64,000 nucleotides of DNA from Vicinamibacterales bacterium (GTDB taxonomy: Bacteria > Acidobacteriota > Vicinamibacteria > Vicinamibacterales > CAVVIG01): NCBI GenBank assembly GCA_050249955.1, contig JBFWPN010000001.1, forward strand, positions 896,716-960,715, written 5' to 3'. Shown here in pieces: positions 56,991 to 64,000 of the stretch (its first letter is position 1; each line of letters starts with the position of its first letter). A program made the position numbers and the translations under genes. A model generated the notes under the pieces. The model was given only the letters and a program-made list of their open reading frames with translations, was not told where the DNA came from and did no database searches.

Positions 56991-58070
56991 CTAGCACGTT
57001 CTGTCAAACCGCACGAAACGCCCGCCCGGCTCACGGCGGACCAGCCCCCGGAACTCCAGGTCGAGCAGCCGGGGCAGCAGGTCGGAGGCGCCGAGTCCGC
57101 AACGGGCCGAAATATCGCCCAAATCCGAGGGTTCGCCCACGGTCAGGGCGTCGAGGACCGGGTCTGGCGCGTGCCTGGGCGCCACCCCGACCGTGCCCAC
57201 GCCTGCACGGGCCGTCCACCCCAGTTCGTCCAGGACGTCGGCGGCCGACTCGACCAGCCGGGCTCCGTCCCGGAGCAGCGCATGCCCGCCGCGGTTCCGT
57301 CCACCCAGGACGTTGCCGGGCACGGCCATCACATCGCGTCCCTGCTCGAGCGCGCAGCGGGCGGTGATGAGCGAGCCGCTCTTCTCCCCCGCCTCGATGA
57401 CGACGACGGCCCGCGAGAGGCCGCTGATGATGCGGTTGCGGCGGGGGAAGAAGCCGGGCTGGGGCACCGTGCCCGGCACCAGTTCGCTGACCACGGCACC
57501 GCGGGTGGTCATCTGGCTGGCGAGCGCGCGGTGCTCGGGTGGGTAGACGACGTCGGCCCCGCATCCGAGCACTCCGACCGTTGCCCCTTCCGCGGCAAGC
57601 GCCCCGGCGTGGGCGGCGGCATCCACGCCACGGGCGAGCCCGCTCACCACGGTGACACCGCTGGCCGCCAGTTCCGCGGCGAGCCGCTCGGCCACCGCCA
57701 CGGCGTACGACGAGCCAGCGCGTGAACCCACGAGCGCCACTGCCGGCGTCGAAAGGGCGGAGACCTGACCGGCGACCCAGAGCACCGGTGGCGGGTCGGG
57801 GATTTCGAGCAGGGCCGGCGGAAACGCGGGGTCGTCCTGGCCGATCAGGGCGAGGCCGGCCGCCTCCGACCGTGCACGGGCGGCTGAGGCCAGCGCCAGG
57901 GCGCGCGCCGGGTCGGCCCATGTTGGAGGACGGCGTCGGTTGCGGGCGTCGGCGCACTGCGCCTGCAGGATGTCGGCAGCGGGCAGGCCGTCGCGCAGGT
58001 GGAGGGTAACCGTGCGCCAGCGCCAGACCGGCAGCAGCGCGAGCGCGATCAGGTCGAGGCTCGGAGGCAT
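56991..58070 (-). CDS. dprA: DNA processing protein DprA (Smf)
   Basis: ATG at 58070. 'VVSGLARGVDAAAH', 'GCGADVVYPPEH', 'FPRRNRIISGLS', 'SGSLITARCALEQGRDVMAVPG'. Confidence 0.9.
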   Translation of the reverse strand: MPPSLDLIALALLPVWRWRTVTLHLRDGLPAADILQAQCADARNRRRPPTWADPARALALASAARARSEAAGLALIGQDDPAFPPALLEIPDPPPVLWVAGQVSALSTPAVALVGSRAGSSYAVAVAERLAAELAASGVTVVSGLARGVDAAAHAGALAAEGATVGVLGCGADVVYPPEHRALASQMTTRGAVVSELVPGTVPQPGFFPRRNRIISGLSRAVVVIEAGEKSGSLITARCALEQGRDVMAVPGNVLGGRNRGGHALLRDGARLVESAADVLDELGWTARAGVGTVGVAPRHAPDPVLDALTVGEPSDLGDISARCGLGASDLLPRLLDLEFRGLVRREPGGRFVRFDRTC

Positions 58071-58243
58071 GCGTTCACCCGGACGGCCCGACACGATCGG
58101 GACGGGCCGCCGCGACGTGCGCGGGCCCGACCGCGTCCAGTATAGCGTCCACCCCGACGACATCCGGTGTCGGGAGAGGTCGCTTTTCGAAAGCGGTTGC
58201 ATGAGATCGCGTGCAAAATGGCAGGAATTTCCACGGTTCTCCA

Positions 58244-58259
58244 TGGCATCGCGCTTGCT
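58244..58259 (+). promoter_or_regulatory. Sigma-54 (-24/-12) promoter motif
   Basis: TGGCATcgcgcTTGCT with exact spacing, in the dprA/TPR divergent intergenic region, about 78 nt upstream of ATG 58337. Confidence 0.55.
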
Positions 58260-58290
58260 CGGCGTGAGGGCCTGATGGGCGCCAATTGCC

Positions 58291-58320
58291 TTGCCTCGTG
58301 CAGTTTCGTGTCGCTATAGT
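58291..58320 (+). promoter_or_regulatory. Candidate sigma-70 promoter
   Basis: TTGCCT (58291-58296), an 18-nt spacer, then TATAGT (58315-58320). It lies downstream of the ORF-track start 58286, which argues for the ATG at 58337 or 58343 as the true start. Confidence 0.45.
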
Positions 58321-58336
58321 GAGGTCCACTCGGCCC

Positions 58337-58693
58337 ATGGTCATGCTCCGCCCGCTGGTGTCCGCCGTCCTGCTCCTGCCCCTGCTCGCCACGCCTGCGC
58401 TCGCCGACAAGCGGAGCGATGCGCGATCCGAAGTGGCCTTCGGGATCGATGTCGCCCAGCGCGGCCTCTGGCGCGAGGCGATCTATCGCTGGGAACGGGC
58501 GGTCGAACTCGACCCGACCTACGCCCCGGCCCTCAACAACCTCGCCGTGGCCTACGAGCACGAGGGACAGCTCGACAAGGCCCGCAAGGCGTACGAGCGC
58601 GCCCTCGAAGTCGACCCGAAGAACCTGCAGATCCAGCAGAACTACGAGCTGTTCAAGGAAATCAATGACCGGACCGCGGCCGAGCAGGAATAA
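58337..58693 (+). CDS. Small secreted TPR-repeat protein
   Basis: Signal peptide 'MVMLRPLVSAVLLLPLLATPALA'. TPR units 'WREAIYRWERAVELDPTYAPALNNLAVAYEHEGQLDKARKAYERALEVDP'. Confidence 0.75.
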   Translation: MVMLRPLVSAVLLLPLLATPALADKRSDARSEVAFGIDVAQRGLWREAIYRWERAVELDPTYAPALNNLAVAYEHEGQLDKARKAYERALEVDPKNLQIQQNYELFKEINDRTAAEQE

Positions 58694-59492
58694 CCGGAGC
58701 CGGGCGCTTGCCCTGCTCGCGGCCGCGTCAGCGGCCACGATGCTGGCCTGCGGACCGGTCTCCTACGAGATCCCGATCGAGACGCCGATTCAGGCGAAGC
58801 TGGACGTCACGCCGTTCCAGCGCGTCCTGATCGCCGGCTTCGTCACGGGCGGCACCGAGGACGTGGACACGAACCAGGAGACGGTCCGGCTGCTCCGCAG
58901 CCAGCTCCGCTCGAAGTCGACGCTCCGCATCATCGACGCCGACGTCATGCCGCTCATGGAGATTGCCCAGGAGCAGAGCCGGGTGAATGCCGAACCGGCC
59001 GCCCCGGCGGAGTCGGGCGCCGCCGATCGCGCCGCGGGCCCCACGGCGCTGCCCAGCCGCATCCGCGACGAGAAGGATCTCGAGCCCTACGAGCGGCTCT
59101 TCGCCAACACCTCCTACTGGAAGCGGATCGGCGAGGAATACCAGAACCCGCTCATCGTCACCGGCACGGTCCTGTTCACGCCCCAGTCGCGTTCGGGCTT
59201 CGTCTCGCGCGATGTCGAGCAGTACGACTCGTTCGGGCGGCGGCAGGTGATCCCGACCCGCACCTACATGGAGCGGAAGGGGTTCATGCTCCGGCCCAAG
59301 TTCATCTTCATCGACGGCCGATCGGGCGCCACGATGTACTCGGAGAGCTATCGGGAAGAGGTGCTCTACAACATCCAGCAGAGCACGCCCGCCCTGTCGT
59401 CGTACTTCGAGCTGATGGACCGTCTGGTCCCGAACTTCCTGAGCACGCTGAGCAGCCAGAAGGTGCGCGGCACGCGCGTCCTCCTGAAGTAG
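58665..59492 (+). CDS. Hypothetical lipoprotein
   Basis: ATG at 58665 gives an Arg-rich n-region plus the lipobox 'SAATMLAC'. It overlaps the TPR gene 3' end by 29 nt in another frame. Confidence 0.65.
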   Translation: MTGPRPSRNNRSRALALLAAASAATMLACGPVSYEIPIETPIQAKLDVTPFQRVLIAGFVTGGTEDVDTNQETVRLLRSQLRSKSTLRIIDADVMPLMEIAQEQSRVNAEPAAPAESGAADRAAGPTALPSRIRDEKDLEPYERLFANTSYWKRIGEEYQNPLIVTGTVLFTPQSRSGFVSRDVEQYDSFGRRQVIPTRTYMERKGFMLRPKFIFIDGRSGATMYSESYREEVLYNIQQSTPALSSYFELMDRLVPNFLSTLSSQKVRGTRVLLK

Positions 59493-59565
59493 AGCGTCGC
59501 GCCGATACACAGGTCGAGGACCGCTGTACTTGCAGGGACGCCCGCGCTACACTGCCGGCACCCGC

Positions 59566-60075
59566 ATGGGTGACCACACGCCATCGTCAGCAGCCGTCCG
59601 TCCGCGCGTGGCACGCCTGCTGGCCGTGTGCGCCGCCACGGCGCTGACCGCCGGGTGCGCGGCGTCGCCGTCGGCCCCCTCGTCCACCGCCGGGTCTGCC
59701 AGCCTGACCGCCAGCCTCCAGTTCTGCGCCGACGAGATCAACCGCTACCGCGCGAGCATCGGCCGCGCGCCGCTCGAACGGACCGACTCCCTGGAACAGT
59801 TCGCCAGCGAAGCGGCCCGCCACGACCATGAGGCCGGCGTGCCGCACCTGCTCTTCCGCAACACGAACGGCGGTGGGGTGGCGCTGGCCGAGACCCAGCT
59901 GCTGCTCTGGAAGAACTATCAGGTGCGCGAGGTGATCAAGGAAGGGCTCGCCCGGATGTGGGCGGCGGGACCTGGCGGCGAACACTACGCCATCCTTGCC
60001 GGTCCCTACACGCAGGTGGGCTGCGGTGTGTTCGTCGACGGCACGCAGGTGAGCGTCTCGCAGGACTTCCGCTAG
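59566..60075 (+). CDS. CAP/SCP/PR-1 superfamily lipoprotein (start 59566 ATG or 59530 TTG)
   Basis: Lipobox 'ALTAGC'. CAP-like 'CADEINRYRASIGRAPLERTDSLEQFASEAARHD' and 'GEHYAILAGPYTQVGCGVF'. Confidence 0.75.
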   Translation: MGDHTPSSAAVRPRVARLLAVCAATALTAGCAASPSAPSSTAGSASLTASLQFCADEINRYRASIGRAPLERTDSLEQFASEAARHDHEAGVPHLLFRNTNGGGVALAETQLLLWKNYQVREVIKEGLARMWAAGPGGEHYAILAGPYTQVGCGVFVDGTQVSVSQDFR

Positions 60076-60104
60076 CCTTTTTCCCAGGTCCCGCGTCGAA
60101 ACCT

Positions 60105-60133
60105 TTGCAATCGTCCGTGTACGGTCGTACAAT
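60105..60133 (+). promoter_or_regulatory. Sigma-70 promoter for rplU-rpmA
   Basis: TTGCAA (60105-60110), a 17-nt spacer, then TACAAT (60128-60133), about 25 nt upstream of the rplU ATG. Confidence 0.55.
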
Positions 60134-60157
60134 TCCCCCTTTGCACAGGTGCCGACT

Positions 60158-60472
60158 ATGTACGCAATCGTTCAGACCAGCGGTCGTCAGGTCAAGGTAA
60201 CTCCCGGAGCCACCGCGCTCGTGGATGGCACGGCGGGAGAGCCGGGGGCCGAACTGACGCTGGATCAGGTGCTGCTCGTCGAGAAAGACGGGGGCGAAGT
60301 GGTGGCTGGCGCGCCGTTCGTGGCCAACGCGAAGGTGCTGGCAGTCGTCGAAGGCGAGGCGCGCGGGCCGAAGATCCGCGTGTTCAAGAAGAAGCGCCGC
60401 AAGGGCATGCGCCGGACCAAGGGTCACCGCGCCACCTACACGCGCCTTCGTATCAAGGACATCGTTCTCTAG
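60158..60472 (+). CDS. rplU: 50S ribosomal protein L21
   Basis: '[14 protein letters not shown] ... [20 protein letters not shown]'. ATG at 60158 preferred over GTG at 60149. Confidence 0.95.
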   Translation: MYAIVQTSGRQVKVTPGATALVDGTAGEPGAELTLDQVLLVEKDGGEVVAGAPFVANAKVLAVVEGEARGPKIRVFKKKRRKGMRRTKGHRATYTRLRIKDIVL

Positions 60473-60483
60473 GTTGTTCAGTC

Positions 60484-60750
60484 ATGGCTCATAAGAAAGG
60501 TCAGGGCAGCTCCCGCAACGGCCGGGACTCCAACTCCCAGCGCCTCGGCGTGAAGGCGCACGACGGCAACTTCGTGACCGGCGGGACGATCATCGTCCGG
60601 CAGCGAGGCCGCCGCTTCAACGCCGGCCTCAACGCCGGCCGCGGCAAGGACGACACGATCTTCGCGAAGATCGACGGCAAGGTGCGGTTCGAGGACCACG
60701 GAGCCAAGGGCCGCCTCATCAGCATCATCCCGCTCGCCGAACAGGCCTGA
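60484..60750 (+). CDS. rpmA: 50S ribosomal protein L27
   Basis: '[24 protein letters not shown] ... GTIIVRQRG'. Confidence 0.97.
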   Translation: MAHKKGQGSSRNGRDSNSQRLGVKAHDGNFVTGGTIIVRQRGRRFNAGLNAGRGKDDTIFAKIDGKVRFEDHGAKGRLISIIPLAEQA

Positions 60751-60852
60751 GCATCCGCTATACCGGCATCTGGCCGTCCCGCCCCATTGGCTGTGCAGCG
60801 CCGGTCGCCCACCACGTGTTGGGCGGCCGCGCGTCCGGCCTGACATGTTCCG

Positions 60853-61923
60853 ATGTTCGTTGACGAAGTAGACATTCACGTGACAGCCGGACGGGGCGGA
60901 CGCGGATGCCTCGCGTTCCGCCGCGAGAAGTACGTCCCACGCGGCGGTCCGAGTGGCGGCGACGGCGGCCACGGCGGCTCGGTCTTCATCGTCGCCAGCC
61001 CGCACATCAACACCCTCATCAATTTCCGGTTCCATCCCGAATTCGACGCCCAGAAGGGCGCCAACGGCGAGGGCTCGAACCGCACCGGTCGCAATGGCGA
61101 GGACCTCACCCTGGACGTGCCGGTCGGCACGCTCGTGTGGGATCGCACCGGTGCGCCGGAGATCGCCCCGCGCATCGTGGCCGACCTGGCCCAGGCGGGC
61201 GACCGCGTACTGGTGGCCAAGGGGGGCCGGGGCGGACTCGGTAACGCGCACTTCGCCACCTCGACCAACCGTGCCCCCCGCAAGGTGCAGCCCGGCGAGG
61301 AAGGCGAGGAGAAGTGGCTGCGTCTCGAGCTGAAGCTGCTCGCCGACGTGGGCCTCGTGGGGTTCCCCAACGCGGGCAAGTCCACCCTCATCTCGCGCAT
61401 TTCCGCGGCCCGTCCGAAGATTGCGGACTACCCGTTCACCACGCTCACGCCCAACCTCGGTGTCGTGGGCCTGAGCGACGACCGCAGCTTCGTGGTGGCG
61501 GACGTGCCCGGGCTGATCGAAGGGGCACATCGCGGACAGGGCCTGGGGCACCAGTTCCTGCGGCACCTGGAACGGACCAAGGTGCTGGTGCACCTGGTCG
61601 ACGTCTCGAGCATGTCGGGACGCGATCCGGTGTCGGACATGGACATCATCCGCCGGGAGCTGGAACTGTTCGCCCCGGAGCTGGCGTCCAAACCGCAGCT
61701 CATCGCCGCCAACAAGATCGATGCGCTCGATGACGAGGCGCGCGCGGCGGCCGTGGAGCGGCGCGCCGGCGAACTCGGGCTGCCGTTCTTCCGCATTTCC
61801 GGTGTCACCGGTTCTGGCGTGCCCGCGCTCCTCGAAGCCGTGTGGCGCGAACTCGCCGCGGCGAGGGAGGCTGACGCGGCGAATCTCGATCTCCAGTCTC
61901 CAGACGCGTCGACGAACGAATGA
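60853..61923 (+). CDS. obg: GTPase Obg/CgtA
   Basis: '[27 protein letters not shown]', Gly-rich Obg fold, G1 'GFPNAGKST', G4 'NKID'. Confidence 0.95.
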   Translation: MFVDEVDIHVTAGRGGRGCLAFRREKYVPRGGPSGGDGGHGGSVFIVASPHINTLINFRFHPEFDAQKGANGEGSNRTGRNGEDLTLDVPVGTLVWDRTGAPEIAPRIVADLAQAGDRVLVAKGGRGGLGNAHFATSTNRAPRKVQPGEEGEEKWLRLELKLLADVGLVGFPNAGKSTLISRISAARPKIADYPFTTLTPNLGVVGLSDDRSFVVADVPGLIEGAHRGQGLGHQFLRHLERTKVLVHLVDVSSMSGRDPVSDMDIIRRELELFAPELASKPQLIAANKIDALDDEARAAAVERRAGELGLPFFRISGVTGSGVPALLEAVWRELAAAREADAANLDLQSPDASTNE

Positions 61924-62633
61924 GCATACGGCGGGTAGGTCTCCTCGGCGGCACCTTCGATCCCATTCACATGGGCCACCTCGATCTGGGCGCGGCGGCC
62001 CAGGCGGCACTGGACCTGACACAGGTCCTGGTCATTCCGGCCAACGTGCCTCCGCATCGCCCGAGGCCGCTCACCTCGAGCTTCCACCGCTTCGCCATGG
62101 TGGCGCTGGCCGTGGCCGGCCGGCAGGGGTGGCGCGCGTCGGACGTGGAACTCCGGCACGACACGCCGTCGTACACCACCATCACGCTGCGGCGCTTCCA
62201 CGAACGCGGCTACAAGGCGCACGAGCTGTTCTTCCTGATCGGCGCCGACGCGTTCGCCGACATCACGATGTGGCGCGACTACCCGCAGATCCTCGATCGT
62301 GCCCACTTCGCCGTCGTGTCGCGCCCGGGCACGCCGGTCACCGGGCTGCCCGAACGGCTGCCGGCGCTCGCCGCCCGGATGATCGAGGTGACGCCGGGAG
62401 TCGCAATCCCACAGACCCCCTCCATCCTCCTCATCAACGGCACGACCGCCGATGTCTCGTCCACCATGGTGCGATCGAGACTGGCCGCGGGTGAACCGAT
62501 GGAGGGCCTGCTCGACCCGCGGGTCTGGCAGCATGTAGAGCAGCACGGGTTGTATCGATTGTCGACGCCCGATCGACGGAGCGCAGGCAGCCCGGCGGAA
62601 GGCGCGGCAGGCAGGTTGCATGGCCAAGACTGA
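61920..62633 (+). CDS. nadD: Nicotinate-nucleotide adenylyltransferase
   Basis: '[15 protein letters not shown]'. The start overlaps the obg stop (ATGA). Confidence 0.9.
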   Translation: MSIRRVGLLGGTFDPIHMGHLDLGAAAQAALDLTQVLVIPANVPPHRPRPLTSSFHRFAMVALAVAGRQGWRASDVELRHDTPSYTTITLRRFHERGYKAHELFFLIGADAFADITMWRDYPQILDRAHFAVVSRPGTPVTGLPERLPALAARMIEVTPGVAIPQTPSILLINGTTADVSSTMVRSRLAAGEPMEGLLDPRVWQHVEQHGLYRLSTPDRRSAGSPAEGAAGRLHGQD

Positions 62634-63015
62634 AAAGCGGAAGAAGACACCGCGCCTGCCGAAGGCGCTCACCCTCGCCATCAAGGCGGCCGAGGACAAG
62701 AAGGCGAACGACCTCGCGGTCCTCGACCTGCGGAAGGCCCACGGCTTCACGGACTTCTTCCTGATCTGCTCGGGCACCAACAGCCGCCAGATCCGCGCGA
62801 TTGCCGACGCAATCGAGGAAGCGCTGGCAGGCGAAGGGGAGAAGCCCGCGCACGTCGAAGGCTACGACCGCTCCGAATGGATCCTGCTCGACTACTTCGA
62901 CTTCATCGTCCACGTGTTCGCGCCGGACACGCGCACGTTCTACGGGCTCGAGCGCCTGTGGGGCAATGCGGAAGCAGTGTCGGTGGGCAGCGAACCCGAG
63001 AAGCCCGCGTCCTAG
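62620..63015 (+). CDS. rsfS: Ribosomal silencing factor RsfS (iojap-like)
   Basis: 'DLAVLDLRKAHGFTDFFLICSGTNSRQIRAIAD ... WILLDYFDFIVHVF'. Confidence 0.9.
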   Translation: MAKTEKRKKTPRLPKALTLAIKAAEDKKANDLAVLDLRKAHGFTDFFLICSGTNSRQIRAIADAIEEALAGEGEKPAHVEGYDRSEWILLDYFDFIVHVFAPDTRTFYGLERLWGNAEAVSVGSEPEKPAS

Positions 63016-63037
63016 CGGTCGGATCGCCACGCGCCTG

Positions 63038-63754
63038 ATGCGCGCGTGGCTCGACGGCCTGCTCGCGATCCTGCTCGCGCCGGCCTGCGTCTCCTGCAGC
63101 CGGACACTGCCCTCCCCCACCCGCGGCTGCGTCTGCGAACACTGCTGGCATCGCCTCGACCGTCTCGTTCCTCCCTTGTGCGCGCGCTGCGGTGAACCGG
63201 CCGTGCCCGGTCCGGCAGCCCTCCATGCCTGCGCCCACGACCGTGGGCACTTTCGCGCGCTCAGCGCCGTCCGTGCCGTCGGTCCCCACGACGGCGTGCT
63301 GCGCGATCTGGTGCACGCCCTGAAGTACGACGGCCGGCGGTCGCTCGCGCGGCCGCTCGGGGCGCTGATGCGCGAGGCGGCGGAGCCGCTGGTGCAGGCG
63401 TCGCAGGCCTGCGTGCCGGTGCCGCTCCACCCGTCACGACGCCGCGAGCGCGGCTTCAACCAGGCAGCCGACCTTGCCAGGCACCTCGGTCTGCCGGTGG
63501 TGCACGCCCTCAGGCGCACGCGACGCACCGAGACGCAGACGTCGTTGCCCGCACCCGATCGGCACGCCAACGTGACGGGCGCGTTCGCGGTCACGCGCCG
63601 GGCGGCGGTGCTGCGCGGGTCCCAGGTGCTGCTGGTAGACGATGTGCGGACGACCGGGGCGACGCTGGAGGCGTGCGCGCAGGCGCTGCGCGAGGCCGGC
63701 GTCGGCGAGGTCTGTGCGGTTACCGCAGCGAGAGCTGCGCTGCCACGTGCGTGA
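63038..63754 (+). CDS. comF: ComF family protein (phosphoribosyltransferase domain)
   Basis: N-terminal Cys clusters 'CVSCSR ... CEHCW ... CARCG'. C-terminal PRT motif 'VLLVDDVRTTGATL'. Confidence 0.8.
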   Translation: MRAWLDGLLAILLAPACVSCSRTLPSPTRGCVCEHCWHRLDRLVPPLCARCGEPAVPGPAALHACAHDRGHFRALSAVRAVGPHDGVLRDLVHALKYDGRRSLARPLGALMREAAEPLVQASQACVPVPLHPSRRRERGFNQAADLARHLGLPVVHALRRTRRTETQTSLPAPDRHANVTGAFAVTRRAAVLRGSQVLLVDDVRTTGATLEACAQALREAGVGEVCAVTAARAALPRA

Positions 63755-64000
63755 ACACGTCGGCGGCCACGGCCTCCTTCGTGCGTTCGCCGTCGAGCAG
63801 CAGCCAGCCATCGCGCTGGGCGAGGCGACGGTAGCTGTCGCGCACGCGGCCCTGGAGGGCAAGGTCGCGCTCGTAGCGATCGCGGTCGGTGGCCTTCCGC
63901 CCCACGGCGGTTTCGGGCGCGATGTCGAGCATGATGGTGAGCGACGGTCGCGGCAGGAAGCGCTGGATGTCCATGAGCCACGCGGCGTCGAGCCCGAAGG
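63720..64000 (-). CDS. tmk: Thymidylate kinase (C-terminal part; 5' end beyond window)
   Basis: The frame stays open to the window edge. 'PSLTIMLDIAPETAVGRK...DRYE...LQGRVRDSYRRLA' matches the Tmk LID/C-terminal pattern. Confidence 0.8.
   Translation of the reverse strand, partial: FGLDAAWLMDIQRFLPRPSLTIMLDIAPETAVGRKATDRDRYERDLALQGRVRDSYRRLAQRDGWLLLDGERTKEAVAADVFTHVAAQLSLR

Overview
GC-rich bacterial chromosomal segment (roughly two-thirds G+C by eye, not computed). It holds about 55 tightly packed protein genes, and many junctions overlap by 1-4 nt (ATGA, GTGA, TGATG), which suggests translational coupling. All functional calls come from reading motifs in the supplied translations, not from database searches. 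The content is mostly housekeeping: dppDF ATPases, ctaA, class II RNR nrdJ, tamB-bamA-SurA_N, a split acyl-CoA carboxylase, fsa/tal, hslVU, xerC-trmFO-topA-dprA, rplU-rpmA-obg-nadD-rsfS-comF, and tmk. Interspersed are secreted or lipoprotein genes (M28 peptidase, NHL, FN3, PEGA, TPR, CAP), an ECF sigma/anti-sigma operon, and two NtrC-type sigma-54 activator/histidine-kinase pairs. This repertoire resembles a diderm soil lineage such as Acidobacteriota or Gemmatimonadota, but I cannot assign taxonomy without a search. I saw no rRNA, tRNA, CRISPR array, transposase or prophage. Two items stand out. (1) A single 574-aa polypeptide at 6815-8539 fuses a GAF sensor, a class III nucleotidyl cyclase and a C-terminal TIR domain with the catalytic-Glu position conserved. 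It lies 25 bp downstream of a secreted CxxCH protein and is divergent from ctaA. This could be a self-contained cNMP-to-NAD+ signalling or defence module, and I know of no characterised equivalent. (2) Three sigma-54 promoter motifs of identical format (TGGCA-N6-TTGCT) occur in the window, all intergenic and correctly oriented. One sits inside an 859-bp ORF-free, lower-GC region (16376-17234) directly downstream of an EBP-kinase-lipoprotein operon. It has upstream inverted repeats at activator-site distance and downstream stem-loops, so it is a candidate sigma-54-dependent small RNA or long nrdJ leader. The other two precede a Gly/aromatic low-complexity PEGA protein and a TPR-lipoprotein-CAP operon.
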